NCBI GenBank assembly: GCA_943788985.1
Contig: CALSSJ010000032.1
Coordinates: forward strand, 65,320-129,319
Length of the DNA stretch: 64,000 nucleotides
Reading direction: 5' to 3'
Source of the DNA: an uncultured Lentisphaerales bacterium
Lineage (GTDB): Bacteria > Verrucomicrobiota > Lentisphaeria > JABSQK01 > UBA12247
A model generated the notes under the pieces. The model was not told where the DNA came from and did not search any database. It saw nothing but the letters and a program-made list of their open reading frames with translations. The position numbers and the translations under genes were made by a program. This document shows, piece by piece, positions 12,355 through 22,940 of this stretch (positions are counted from its first letter, which is position 1; each line of letters starts with the position of its first letter).

Positions 12355-13190
12355 CAGTCCATGAAGTACCCGAATTTGGGCTCGGTCCCGAGGTCTTCCT
12401 TGAGACTAAAAACCTTTTTGTGCTCAAGCACGTAGCGAATCTCACTGTCGGGATCAAGGAGATTGCCAAAAATCCGCGCGCTGGTCGGGCATGCTTCGGC
12501 GCAGGCTGGCTGCTTACCGTCGCGCGTGCGCTGGATGCAGAAGGTGCACCTCTCGATCACGCCTTTCTTGCGTGGGCGATTGCCTAGATATTGCTGATTG
12601 GGGTTCAGCTCTTCAGCTGGCACCTCAGGCCCTTTCCAGTTGAAGCGTCTTGCGCAGTACGGAAAGACAGCCTGGCAGTAGCGACAGCCAATGCACCAGT
12701 CATAGTCAATCACCGTGATGCAATCCGGTTGTTGCCAAGTGGCGCCCACGGGACAGACGTCCACGCACGACGGATTCTCACACTGGAAGCACTGTGTTCC
12801 CATGTAAAAGTGTCCAGCTTCTGGCACTGCTTGATCAAAGTCCGGCGCCGCTTCTTCCAGATTCGTTTTCCCGTTCTTCATCTCGACGATGCGGATGTAC
12901 TGCATGTGGCTGGCCCGGTCTTGTTTGTTCTCCATCACGCAAGCGCGAATGCAATCCTGGTAGGCTTGGCAGGTTCCGATATTGAAGGCGTAGCCGAACA
13001 GCACGCCTTCGCGTGCTGGCTCTTCGCTGGTCCTAGAGCGATTTCCTGAATTAGATTGGCCAGCTTCTCTATACGCTCGATCGTGCACAGCTGCTCGTCC
13101 TGGCTCATCAAACGATAGTTCTTCTTGAAGGTCTCTTGCCATTCAAGACGCTTGATCGCATTTCTCTTCGCTTTATCCTCTGCCGCGGAT
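12354..13190 (-). pseudogene. NrfC/TtrB-like 4Fe-4S dicluster protein, frameshifted, N-terminus joined to napA remnant
   Basis: CFQCENPSCVDVCP, CIGCRYCQAVFPY (expected Cys replaced by Phe), CTFC..PACAEACP. N-terminal part lies in another frame (12935..13288). Confidence 0.85.
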
Positions 13191-13191
13191 G

Positions 13192-13396
13192 CGCCGAAGT
13201 TAGTCAGGAATTCGGTCGCTGCCTTGGCCATGCACAGGCGTGCGTTAGCCTCAAAGTTTTTGGTGCCAATTGCCCCTTCCATAAGCATACTCCCGCTCGC
13301 CTAGCAACATCAAGCCGGAGAGATGTGCTGCTACTGCCGAGAAGGCTGTGCTGCGTGCCAGTCTTCTTAAGAAACGCCACTTGTAAGGCGATTCAT
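13192..13396 (-). pseudogene. napA: Remnant of periplasmic nitrate reductase catalytic subunit
   Basis: Degenerate Tat-like leader (MNRLT../RFLRRLARSTAFSAVAA) followed by GAIGTKNFEANARLCMAKAATEFLTNFG, which resembles the NapA NARLCMASA Mo-ligand segment. Directly downstream of napD. Confidence 0.7.
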
Positions 13397-13404
13397 TATG
13401 CTTC

Positions 13405-13629
13405 CTATGCAATCGTACCAAAGGCTTGAACTAGACATCCGATAGCGGACAAAGACTTCAACGACGTCTGCAGATCCTGCTCACCCACCTCTGAGTCGGA
13501 CTCAGTCACGAGGACTACGAGGCCGTCCGCTGCTTTTTTGGCTTCGCACCCCGGGACCTCTGCCAGGCATGACAGCAACTCGCTGCCATGATTTGGCGTG
13601 TTGTGAATGATGTAGCTGCAGACCTGCAT
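13405..13629 (-). CDS. napD: NapD-like chaperone
   Basis: 74 aa; M.VCSYII..L.EVPGCE..VVLVTES pattern, and position ahead of the napA remnant. Confidence 0.7.
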   Translation of the reverse strand: MQVCSYIIHNTPNHGSELLSCLAEVPGCEAKKAADGLVVLVTESDSEVGEQDLQTSLKSLSAIGCLVQAFGTIA

Positions 13630-13835
13630 GTGGGCTCTGTCCTGTACCTGTTCCGCAATCTAGGTCTCCATGAGCAGGCGACGTGCGAGCATCGAATTCA
13701 GGCAGGTGAAGGGCTTGGATGCGCTAGTTTCTTGAGCCTTAGTACTGGAATCGGACCTCAATTGAGGAACAGTAGGCATTCCAGACAGCTGCGTCTTTGC
13801 CGCTGTCCATCGAACCTCACACCACGGAGCGCATC

Positions 13836-14126
13836 ATGAAGCGTTTCTTCCTGGTCCTGATTCTCGCCTTTAGTCCTGGCTGCGTGTTGGCCGGTGAATC
13901 CCACAACCTCGCGGTGGATGAACTCCCCAAAGTCGTGCTTGCCGCCGCCCAGAAAGCCGTACTTGGTTTCTCTGTCGAAGAAGCGGAAGTCGAAGGAAAA
14001 GGAAAGCGCCGCGTGTACGAGCTCGAGGGTACAGCCAACGGAAAGTCCTACGAGATGGAGATCTCGGCCAAGGGCAAGCTGCTTGAACTAGAGCGTGAGG
14101 ATGACGCCAAGGAAGAAGACGAGTAA
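13836..14126 (+). CDS. Small secreted PepSY-like protein
   Basis: Signal peptide, then LAVDELPKVVLAAAQKA..YELEG..YEMEISAKGKLL. Confidence 0.7.
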   Translation: MKRFFLVLILAFSPGCVLAGESHNLAVDELPKVVLAAAQKAVLGFSVEEAEVEGKGKRRVYELEGTANGKSYEMEISAKGKLLELEREDDAKEEDE

Positions 14127-14246
14127 GCATTGGCTGTCGTCATCACCGCTGCGCCGGGCTGTGCCCGGGGCCATCCATCGTCGCGATCACGCATTGTGAT
14201 CGGAGCGCCCCCGAAGCCTATGGGCCCGGGGGCATCAGCAGCCGGT

Positions 14247-16031
14247 TTAGTGCGTGGCCTTTCCTACGCCATTGGGGAGCCGCACTTCTTCGACCATGTC
14301 CTGAATCTCCTGCGGTGGAGCTGGGGTCACGGCTGAAACCGAAAATGCCACCACGAAGTTCAGCAGCATCCCGATAAACCCAATGCCCTCTGGGGAAATG
14401 CCGAATAGGAATCCAGTGTCGTGGCCGAGGGCAGGCCTGATGAACTGGAAGTAAATGATGTAGCCAAGCGTAAACGTGATGCCGACGATCATGCCGGAAA
14501 CCGCGCCAGCGCGATTCATGCGCTTCGAGAAGATCCCCATCAACAACGTCGGAAAGAAGGACGATGCTGCCAGGCCAAACGCAAATGCAACTGTCTTGGC
14601 CACGAACGAAGAGGGAGGATTAATCCCGAAGTAGGCGGCAACCAGCAAGGTGCCGAAAGAGGCCAAACGGGCCGACATCACCTCTTGCTTCTCGGAGAGA
14701 TCTGGCTTCAATACTTTCTTGATCAGGTCATGTGAGATAGACGTTGAAAGGACCAGCAGCAGCCCGGCTGCAGTCGACAGAGCTGCTGCCACACAACCTG
14801 CCATCACCAATGCGATGACCCAGGCAGGAAGACCCGCCATTTCTGGATTCGCCATGACCAGGATATCCTTGTCATAATAGACCTCGTTGGTCGACTCAGT
14901 CGCCTCGTTCACCAGCAGGCGCTCGCCATGCGCGCCGCGTTCTGTCGCAAACTGTGGCTTGCTTGGGGATAGCGCAGCGCCAGCCCGGTATTGAATGCGG
15001 CCGTCGCCATTCTTATCGACCCAGGCGATGAGATTCTTGTCTTCCCAGTTCTTAAACCAAGAGGGGGCCTCGGCGTAGGTCACTTCGTTCACTTCCTGGA
15101 TGAAGTTGGTGCGAGCGAATGCGCCAAGTGCCGGGGCAGTGAGGTAGATCATGGCGATGAACAGCAGGGTCCAACATGCGGATGTACGCACGGCCTTGAC
15201 GCTCTTGACCGTAAAAAAGCGCACGATGACATGCGGCAAGCCCGCCGTGCCAAACATCAGCGCTGCCGTGATGCAGAACATGTCAATCCTGCTTTTGGAC
15301 CCGTCCGTGTACGAAGCAAAGCCTAGATCCACATTGAGCTGATTAAGCTTGTCGAGCAGTGGGACCGCACTTTCCATGCCATCTTTGGTGTAGCTGCCGA
15401 TCAGGCCAAGCTGTGGAACGACATTTCCGGTCAGTAGCATAGAGATGAAGATCACTGGCAATACATAGGCAAAGACCATGACGCAGTATTGGGCAACCTG
15501 CGTGTAGGTGATTCCCTTCATGCCGCCCAAGCCAGCGTAGAAAAAGACGATAGCAGCGCCGATCCAGACACCGCCCCAGATCGGGATGCTGAATAGACGC
15601 GAGAAGACAATGCCGACGCCACGCATCTGGCCCATGATGTAGGTCATGCAGATAAAAATTGCACAGACCACGCCCACGAGGCGAGCTGTATTGGAATAGA
15701 ATCGGTCACCCAGAAAGTCGACGACCGTAAACTTGTTGAACTTACGCAGGTAGGGAACGATCAATGTGGTCAGCAGCACGAAACCACCTGTCCAGCCCAT
15801 CAGAAACCGTGATGCGTCGTAGCCGCTGGCTGCAATTCCGCCTGCCATCGAAATGAAAGTCGCTGCCGACATCCAGTCCGCTGCGGTCGCCATCCCGTTC
15901 GCGAACGGCGAAACGCCAGACCCTGCAACGTAGTATTCCTTCGTCGACGCTGCGCGTGAACGAAATGCAATGACGATGTATAGAGCGAACGTGAGTCCGA
16001 TGAATAGGAAATTCCATGATTCTTGGCTCAT
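14247..16031 (-). CDS. actP: Sodium:solute symporter, ActP-like (cation/acetate)
   Basis: [55 protein letters not shown]; many TM segments. Confidence 0.88.
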   Translation of the reverse strand: MSQESWNFLFIGLTFALYIVIAFRSRAASTKEYYVAGSGVSPFANGMATAADWMSAATFISMAGGIAASGYDASRFLMGWTGGFVLLTTLIVPYLRKFNKFTVVDFLGDRFYSNTARLVGVVCAIFICMTYIMGQMRGVGIVFSRLFSIPIWGGVWIGAAIVFFYAGLGGMKGITYTQVAQYCVMVFAYVLPVIFISMLLTGNVVPQLGLIGSYTKDGMESAVPLLDKLNQLNVDLGFASYTDGSKSRIDMFCITAALMFGTAGLPHVIVRFFTVKSVKAVRTSACWTLLFIAMIYLTAPALGAFARTNFIQEVNEVTYAEAPSWFKNWEDKNLIAWVDKNGDGRIQYRAGAALSPSKPQFATERGAHGERLLVNEATESTNEVYYDKDILVMANPEMAGLPAWVIALVMAGCVAAALSTAAGLLLVLSTSISHDLIKKVLKPDLSEKQEVMSARLASFGTLLVAAYFGINPPSSFVAKTVAFAFGLAASSFFPTLLMGIFSKRMNRAGAVSGMIVGITFTLGYIIYFQFIRPALGHDTGFLFGISPEGIGFIGMLLNFVVAFSVSAVTPAPPQEIQDMVEEVRLPNGVGKATH

Positions 16032-16300
16032 TGTTCGACAGCCTCATCATAGCCGTGTTTCTTGTCCAGCGAGCCCATCATGCTGCGATAGGCCAATAGC
16101 AGGCAAACAAAGCCAATGATCGAGCCTTGCTGGGCAATCCAAAAGCCGAAAGGAGCGTTGCCAATGCTCGGAAAGTTGGCATCGAGAAAGTCGCGGAACA
16201 GCACACCGCAACCCAATGAAATAAATGCCCAGATGGAAAGTAAAATCGCGACAACCCGCAGGCTCCCTCTCCAATACGCGCTTGCTGACTCAGAATCCAT
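16028..16300 (-). CDS. DUF4212-type small membrane partner of the symporter
   Basis: [17 protein letters not shown]; overlaps the actP start. Confidence 0.88.
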   Translation of the reverse strand: MDSESASAYWRGSLRVVAILLSIWAFISLGCGVLFRDFLDANFPSIGNAPFGFWIAQQGSIIGFVCLLLAYRSMMGSLDKKHGYDEAVEQ

Positions 16301-16380
16301 AGCGTCCCCCTTCTCTCTGATTCTCATGTGAAAAAAAATCGTTGTCTCGATACGCGGCTCATCTCAGTTGCACAGAGCGT

Positions 16381-16809
16381 CTACTCTAGCCAGAACTCCG
16401 GGGCTCGTGCGAACCGGCGTGCCGTTCGGATCGAGCGTGGCCGCACGAAACCGAGCACAAAGTACTCGCCGTCCTTACCATCCACATCCAGTGTGAATGG
16501 GGTGGAGCGAATGTGCTTTGTCAGCTGGTCGCCGTCGCCAAACATCGCCTCATAGCGCACTTGAACCTTAGCCTTTCCCGGCCGAATCGTGATTTCAGTC
16601 GGCTGCCGTGAGAGCTTGAACATGTCATGGCCCGTACGCGACCCGTTGATCCCGAGAAGGCGCACATCAGGCGGGAGTTCGAGGGTGAAGAACCCGGCAT
16701 TCGGGTCGTCTGCTGTGGTGTGATAATGGTACGCCTTGTGACTTGGCGTGCTGGAGCAGCCAATCACCAGCAGCGCCAGAAGCGCAAGTGATGAAATGCG
16801 TACGATCAT
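16381..16809 (-). CDS. Putative lipoprotein (DUF2057-like)
   Basis: Lipobox LVIGC; overlaps the secDF stop. Confidence 0.6.
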   Translation of the reverse strand: MIVRISSLALLALLVIGCSSTPSHKAYHYHTTADDPNAGFFTLELPPDVRLLGINGSRTGHDMFKLSRQPTEITIRPGKAKVQVRYEAMFGDGDQLTKHIRSTPFTLDVDGKDGEYFVLGFVRPRSIRTARRFARAPEFWLE

Positions 16810-19403
16810 GCGGTCGCTTTATTGGCGCTGCTGGCTGCAACCGCGGCTGCTTCCCGCTCGGCCTGCTTCGCCGCTTCGCGCTTGCGATGGACAATCATCA
16901 TAACCGGGGTTGCCACGAACAGGCTGGAGTACGTACCTACCACGATGCCGAGCAGCAGAACCAGTGCGAAATCGTTGAGTGCGCCGCCACCCAGTAGATA
17001 CAGGGTGACCACCACTATGCCGGTAGAGACAGAGGTCAGAACCGTACGAGCTAGGGTCTGATTCAAACTCAGGTTCACGATTTCGTTGAACGGCCTGTCT
17101 TTATGAAGACCAATATTTTCGCGAATCCGATCAAAGACCACAATCGTGTCATTCAACGAATAGCCAATGATGGTCAGCAAGGCGGCGATCACCGGCAGCG
17201 AAATCTGCCGCTCGCCGATCAACAGCGGAATAGGCAGGCAGAACAGACCAGTACAGATGAACACGTCATGGATCAAGGCGGCGATTGCGCCCACTGCGTA
17301 GCTAAGTTCGAAGCGGAAGCTGATGTAGATTAGAATCCCGAGCAGGGAGCACACCATGGCCCAGAATGCTTGACTCCGGAACCGTGAACCGACTGCGGGA
17401 CCAATTTCCTGCTGATTGCCAGTGTTGGCCTGAATCCCCATATCTGGAAATTTGGCAATGAGGATCGTAGCGACCGCTTGGCGAATGTCGCCGCCAGCAC
17501 CGTCCTCTTCTTGCGAGGTAACCTCGGGAATCGTGATTTCGATCATGCGATCGTCAGCTGTGCCCTTTGACACAACACGGGCAGTCGAAAAGCGCTTGTC
17601 TGCCTCACTCAGTACCGACGCGATCGCGTCGACCTCTGCGGACTGTTCCACGGGGATCGTCACCATAGTGCCGCCGCGAAAATCGATGCTCAGTGCGTTC
17701 GAGTTACGGGTCACCAAGGTGATCGCGCCAAGAATCGCAACAGCGATAGAAAGCATAGCAGCTGCTTTGCGACGGGAGAGGAAGTCGACGCGACAGTTGG
17801 AGAGCAACTGCATCATCTTCAGGGTCTTTACGTTGTTCTTGGCCACCATGATGTCGTAAATGATCCGCGTGACAAACAAGGCGCTGAACAGCGTGGCGAT
17901 GATACCGATCATCAGCGTTACAGCAAATCCCTTGATCGGGCCTGAACCAACCTTGGCCAGGATGAACGCGGTCAAGAACGTGGTCAGGTTTGCATCCAGA
18001 ATTGTGACTAGGGCGCGCTGATAGCCCACACGCATCGCCGTGGTGAATGACTTGCCGACATTCAGCTCCTCTCGAATTCGCTCGAAGATCAGAATGTTTG
18101 CGTCCACCGCCATGCCGATGGTCAAAACGATACCCGCAATGCCCGGCAGCGTCAGGGTGGCACCGACCAAAGTCAGTGTCCCGAAGATGAGGACAATGTT
18201 GACTGCGAGAGCGACAAAGGCGATTGCGCCCGAGCCGCGATAGTACATCAGCAGGCCGAGCAGTGTCAACCCAAAACCCACGTAAATCGAGAGAATGCCA
18301 CTACTGATCGCGGCTTGCCCGAGCTGTGGGTCTGTCGTGAACTGGCCGTCAATGCGGATGTCCACCGGCAGGTTGCCGCAGCGGAGCTTGATCGACAGCT
18401 GATTTGCCTCGTGCTGGGAGAAGTTGCCCGAGATCGAAGCGTTGCCGCCAAGAATGGCTTCATTGATGTTTGGGGCGCTGAAAACCGTGCCGTCCAGCAC
18501 AACTGCCAAGCGACGGTTCACGTTTTCCTGCGTAATTTCACCGAACAGTCGTGCGCCTTCCTGATTAAAGGAGAGGGATACTTCATAGCCGCCAAACTCG
18601 CCCATCGTAGGCTGCGCGTTCTTTACGTGCTTGCCTGCGAGTTTCTCAGCAATGCGGTTCACGTACAGAATGCGCTGCTCTTCAGGAAGCGGGTTGTCTT
18701 CGTCCTCAAACAACAAAACCCGTTTCAGACTGGCGGGTGTATTGGGGTTGACCCCGTTGACCTCGGCCTCGGCAAGCGCGTCGGACTGGTCCGAGACTAC
18801 GTGAAAGCTCAGTTTCGCGGCTTCCTGCAGAATTTTAATGAACTGGGCGACATAGTCCGGCTTCTTGCCCGGGATCGTCACCGAGATTGTGTTCGGGCCT
18901 GTCGGGCGTAGTTGCGCTTCGACCAAACCGCTCTGGTCCACCCGGTTGCGCAAGATTTCCAGCACTTCATCACGAATGTCATCGAGCTTGCGGTCGCCGC
19001 TCGCGGTGGCTGCGGCCGCATCGAAACTGACGATAATCTCGGTGCCGCCTTGGATATCAATTCCCTTGCGCAACTTTGCTTGAGAGCCCTCAAACACAAA
19101 CTGTGCAACTGCCTTGTTGCTGGGCTCGTTGCGGCCGTAAATATCCACATAAGCATGGAGTTTCTTGCCATCGGCCGATGCGGCGCGTGCCAGAGCAGCG
19201 GGTGCAGAGAGCTCATCCTTCTCCTCCAGTGCTTTGGCTGCCGTGATCAGCTCTGCAAGCCCCTCAACAGTCTTGGCTTCGTTCTGGAATTGAACGTAGA
19301 AATCCTTGTCTTCGTGCCCGGTAAGAAAGGAATACCCCCACATGCCGACGATTACGACTGCAAAAACAAGACGATAAAGTATGGACTTTTTAAGTGCGTT
19401 CAT
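16806..19403 (-). CDS. secDF: Protein translocase subunit SecDF (fused)
   Basis: GIDIQGG, LTLPGIAGIVLTIGMAVDANILIFERIREE, IDFRGG, IIGYSLNDTIVVFDRIRE. Confidence 0.97.
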   Translation of the reverse strand: MNALKKSILYRLVFAVVIVGMWGYSFLTGHEDKDFYVQFQNEAKTVEGLAELITAAKALEEKDELSAPAALARAASADGKKLHAYVDIYGRNEPSNKAVAQFVFEGSQAKLRKGIDIQGGTEIIVSFDAAAATASGDRKLDDIRDEVLEILRNRVDQSGLVEAQLRPTGPNTISVTIPGKKPDYVAQFIKILQEAAKLSFHVVSDQSDALAEAEVNGVNPNTPASLKRVLLFEDEDNPLPEEQRILYVNRIAEKLAGKHVKNAQPTMGEFGGYEVSLSFNQEGARLFGEITQENVNRRLAVVLDGTVFSAPNINEAILGGNASISGNFSQHEANQLSIKLRCGNLPVDIRIDGQFTTDPQLGQAAISSGILSIYVGFGLTLLGLLMYYRGSGAIAFVALAVNIVLIFGTLTLVGATLTLPGIAGIVLTIGMAVDANILIFERIREELNVGKSFTTAMRVGYQRALVTILDANLTTFLTAFILAKVGSGPIKGFAVTLMIGIIATLFSALFVTRIIYDIMVAKNNVKTLKMMQLLSNCRVDFLSRRKAAAMLSIAVAILGAITLVTRNSNALSIDFRGGTMVTIPVEQSAEVDAIASVLSEADKRFSTARVVSKGTADDRMIEITIPEVTSQEEDGAGGDIRQAVATILIAKFPDMGIQANTGNQQEIGPAVGSRFRSQAFWAMVCSLLGILIYISFRFELSYAVGAIAALIHDVFICTGLFCLPIPLLIGERQISLPVIAALLTIIGYSLNDTIVVFDRIRENIGLHKDRPFNEIVNLSLNQTLARTVLTSVSTGIVVVTLYLLGGGALNDFALVLLLGIVVGTYSSLFVATPVMMIVHRKREAAKQAEREAAAVAASSANKATA

Positions 19404-19418
19404 AGTTTGGTAAATTTG

Positions 19419-19772
19419 CTAAGAATTAGGTTTGGAATCTGAAGTAGATGTGGCTGGTTCGGCCGGTGCGGCCGCAATATGGGCCTTGCTCACCCGGATG
19501 GTGACGCGGTCAGAAATTTTTATGTGGACGATCGCGTTGTCGGAATCATCAATCTTGGCGACAACTCCGTGGATGCCGCCTACTGTCATGACTTTGTCGT
19601 CCTTGGTCAGGCGCTTCAACATCGCCTTGTGATCTTTATCCTTGCGACGCTGTGGCTTGATCAGGAACAAATACCACAACACCAGCAAAGGCAGTAGTGG
19701 TAGCAACCCCATGATGAAGCTGGGCTGGTCGGGCTGACTAGCGGCAAGGACGAAGGCGTGCGCGGGAATCAT
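19419..19772 (-). CDS. yajC: Preprotein translocase subunit YajC
   Basis: YLFLIKPQRRK..DKVMTVGGIHG; upstream of secDF. Confidence 0.95.
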   Translation of the reverse strand: MIPAHAFVLAASQPDQPSFIMGLLPLLPLLVLWYLFLIKPQRRKDKDHKAMLKRLTKDDKVMTVGGIHGVVAKIDDSDNAIVHIKISDRVTIRVSKAHIAAAPAEPATSTSDSKPNS

Positions 19773-19926
19773 AGGCGGGATAATCTTTGCGGGAGAAGTA
19801 GAAAAGCGCGTAATCTAGCGCCAGACGCATCCGCTGCCACCAGTTTTCCTCTGACCGCCGTTGGCATCCACTCACGGGCGCAGCTGCCGCGGGTCGTCTT
19901 TCCTCGCGCGGGCTCGGGTGCCGCCC

Positions 19927-20496
19927 CTACTCCGTGGCCGGCTCGTCGTCGACAACCTGACGGGTAATCTCTTGGACCTTCTGGTTCTCCGTTAACTTTT
20001 GGATCAGCCCACTGGCAAGCAGTTTGCCCAGGTCGCCTTCCTGTGCGGCCTTCATCAGTTCAGGATCGTCCATCATCTTGAGCAGGTCGGGGTCTTCCAT
20101 CAATTCGCTCATCAGCGTCATGAGTTGGGCACTGCCAAGAATCTGGTTCGCCATCGTATCGATCGCCGGTGTGTCTCTGCCGGTCATCGCCTGAAGCTTC
20201 TCCTGGGAGATGTTTGGCAGCGCCGACTTGTTGGTCGCGACCTTCTCCTGGACCTCCTTCACCGTCTCTTCCGAAAAGGAGATGCTCTCGATATCCGCCT
20301 CCTTCACTGTCACGGTGCCTACCGCCTTCGTCGCAATTTTGTAGGTGCCATCCTCGACGGAATGCACCTGGCCAATCAACGTTGTCTGATCTTTCAGCTG
20401 GATTGTTGCTTTTTTACCGCTAGGCTCGCCTGCGTAGCAGACTAGAGCAGTGAGAATGAGAAGGAGAATGAGAAGGAGAGTCAGTCTGTAGGTCAT
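19927..20496 (-). CDS. Hypothetical exported protein
   Basis: Hydrophobic leader, ATIQLKDQTTLIGQV.. domain, helical Met-rich C-terminus. Confidence 0.7.
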   Translation of the reverse strand: MTYRLTLLLILLLILTALVCYAGEPSGKKATIQLKDQTTLIGQVHSVEDGTYKIATKAVGTVTVKEADIESISFSEETVKEVQEKVATNKSALPNISQEKLQAMTGRDTPAIDTMANQILGSAQLMTLMSELMEDPDLLKMMDDPELMKAAQEGDLGKLLASGLIQKLTENQKVQEITRQVVDDEPATE

Positions 20497-20626
20497 GATC
20501 AAATCCAGAAGAATTTACGAGATTAAATTAATAAATACCGTCAACTCACTGAAAATCCACTTCCCCAGCGAGGCGGACCGGTGTAATCCTGTGAGACCTT
20601 TGCCCCCATTCCCTGTCGAGACACGA

Positions 20627-22012
20627 ATGCTGCACACACGAATCTCCGACCTTCTTCTGGGAGACCAGACCACCGGTACCGTGGAGGTCCACGGTTGGGT
20701 CAGGACCCGCCGCGATTCTAAGGGCGGCTTTTCGTTCATTGAATTGAACGATGGGTCTTGCTTCAAAAACCTTCAGCTTGTCGCTGATGCGGACTTGCCA
20801 AATTACGCAAAGATTCAACACCTACATGTCGGGGCCTCCCTCCGGGTCACCGGAGAGCTGCGGGTTTCACCTGCAGCGGGACAGGCGATTGAGTTGCAGG
20901 CGACCGAGGTCGAGATCATCGGCCAGTGCGATCCGGTCGGCTATCCTCTGCAGAAGAAGCGCATGGGGCTGGATAAGCTGCGCGAGTTTCCTCACATCCG
21001 CTGTCGTACCAACGCCATTGGCGCGGTCATGCGCATTCGCAATGTGCTCGCTGCTGCCACCCACGAGTTCTTCCAGGCACACGGCTTCATCTATCTGAAC
21101 TCTCCCATCATCACCGCCAGTGACTGTGAAGGCGCGGGCGAAATGTTCCGCGTCACCACCTTGGATTTGGATGCGCCGCCGCGCCGCGACGATGGCTCCA
21201 TTGACGACAGCCAAGACTTTTTTGGCAAGCCCTCATATCTGACCGTAAGTGGCCAGCTCGAAGGCGAAACCTATGCCTGCGGCTTGAGCCGGGTTTACAC
21301 GTTCGGTCCCACGTTTCGCGCGGAGAACTCCCACACCTCCCGGCATCTCTCCGAGTTTTGGATGGTCGAGCCCGAGATTGCCTTTGCGGACCTCGCAACC
21401 GTTGCAGACGTCGCAGAAGCCTACGTCCAGGCGTTGCTTCAGGCCGTGCTCACCCGCTGCTCGGATGACCTGGCGTTCTGTGATAAGTTCATTGAGCCAG
21501 GCCTCCGCGGCCAGCTCGAAGCTGTGGCCAGCGGCGCATTCGGCCGGATGCCGTACACGGAAGCCATCGACGTGCTCCAACGGGCCGATGCGTCGTTCGG
21601 CTACGAGCCCAAGTGGGGCGTCGACCTGCAGGCAGAGCACGAGCGCTACCTCACCGAGATCTATGCGAAAAGGCCGCTCATTATCACCGATTACCCGAAG
21701 TCGATCAAGCCTTTCTACATGCGCGTGAATGACGACGACCGAACAGTGGCCGCGATGGATGTGCTCGTGCCACGGCTTGGCGAACTGATCGGTGGTAGCC
21801 AGCGGGAAGAGCGCCTGGACATTCTCGACGCCCGCATGCTGGAAGCAGGCATGGACTTGGACGAGTATGACTGGTATCGGGACCTGCGCCGCTTTGGTAC
21901 TGTCCCTCACGGTGGCTTCGGTCTGGGGTTTGAGCGTGCCGTTGCCTATTGCACTGGGATGAAAAACATCCGCGATGTGATCCCCTATCCACGCACACCC
22001 GGACACGCCTAA
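20627..22012 (+). CDS. asnS: Asparagine--tRNA ligase
   Basis: GWVRTRRDSK, SDCEGAGEMF, LTVSGQL, PTFRAENSHTSRHLSEFWMVEPE, GGSQREER, HGGFGLGFER. Confidence 0.98.
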   Translation: MLHTRISDLLLGDQTTGTVEVHGWVRTRRDSKGGFSFIELNDGSCFKNLQLVADADLPNYAKIQHLHVGASLRVTGELRVSPAAGQAIELQATEVEIIGQCDPVGYPLQKKRMGLDKLREFPHIRCRTNAIGAVMRIRNVLAAATHEFFQAHGFIYLNSPIITASDCEGAGEMFRVTTLDLDAPPRRDDGSIDDSQDFFGKPSYLTVSGQLEGETYACGLSRVYTFGPTFRAENSHTSRHLSEFWMVEPEIAFADLATVADVAEAYVQALLQAVLTRCSDDLAFCDKFIEPGLRGQLEAVASGAFGRMPYTEAIDVLQRADASFGYEPKWGVDLQAEHERYLTEIYAKRPLIITDYPKSIKPFYMRVNDDDRTVAAMDVLVPRLGELIGGSQREERLDILDARMLEAGMDLDEYDWYRDLRRFGTVPHGGFGLGFERAVAYCTGMKNIRDVIPYPRTPGHA

Positions 22013-22153
22013 CGCAATTTTTCTGCCGTACGGCTGCAACCAAACGTTGTCTAGTTGCATCCTACCACGAGGTAGCCGAGCGAGTTCCTGAGCACCGGAA
22101 CGCGGGAACCCCCGCCGCCCCTTGATCAACCGTCCCAGCGGGAGAAGTAAGGC

Positions 22154-22940
22154 ATGGCTACGAGCGAAACTCTATCGGAGCATATCAAGGCGCCAAAGGC
22201 CGGCACCCGAAAATTCGAGAACGTATTCCAATCGCTCTCGCCGATGATTCTGGGTGTGGGAAGACATCATCCGCAACCTTTCGGTCAATGGCCGCAGTAC
22301 CTACGACTTCCAAATCTTTCGCCACGGGCCCAGGCACCTCGTCGGGCTGTATGACGAGATCAACAGTTTCGTCTCGTTCGTGAAGGACGCGGCCGAACGT
22401 GGCTCCTCCAGTGAAATGGCCTTTGTCTTGGTCGACGAGCCGGGGAACGGCAAGACCTTCTTTGTCGAGTACCTCTTTCGTTGCTATCGCGAATTTCTCA
22501 GCCAGGCAGCGAACCGCCGCTACGGCGGCATTTCCGAGATCGAATCGCAGACCTTCGAAGATCCCATGGTCATGGCGCTGAACCTCCACGAGGACCGCGT
22601 GGCCTCACTGCAGGCGCTGCAGTCTGAGTACGGCTATGACGATGCCCAAATTTCCAAGCTGCTCAGCAACGCGCGGCCCCTCGCAGCCTGATCTGACTAC
22701 ACACTGCGTTCGTTGCGTGAGCATTGCGGCGGTGATCTCGCCCGCATGCAGGATCACCTTCAGGTCATCCCCATTCCCATGAGCGAGACCCTCGGCACAG
22801 TCACCGGCAAGTACTCCCCCGTGATAAAATTACATCCTTGCCCAAGGATCTCCTGGGCGAGGAGTCCGTGCAGCGCCTGCTCCACATTCGGGACACGAAC
22901 AATCCCTATCGCATCGACCTGCGAGTGGGCGCATTGGCCA
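22154..22940 (+). pseudogene. prkA: PrkA/YeaG-family serine kinase, 5' fragment
   Basis: FVKDAAERGSSSEMAFVLVDEPGNGKT (P-loop G replaced by D), DLLGEESVQRLLHI. Frameshifts and TGA at 22689. Similarity ends abruptly at RVGALA. Confidence 0.8.

Noticed and set aside
13756..13767. Palindrome CCTCAATTGAGG upstream of napD as an FNR site
   Set aside because: Does not match TTGAT-N4-ATCAA, and a 12-bp palindrome is expected by chance in 64 kb.
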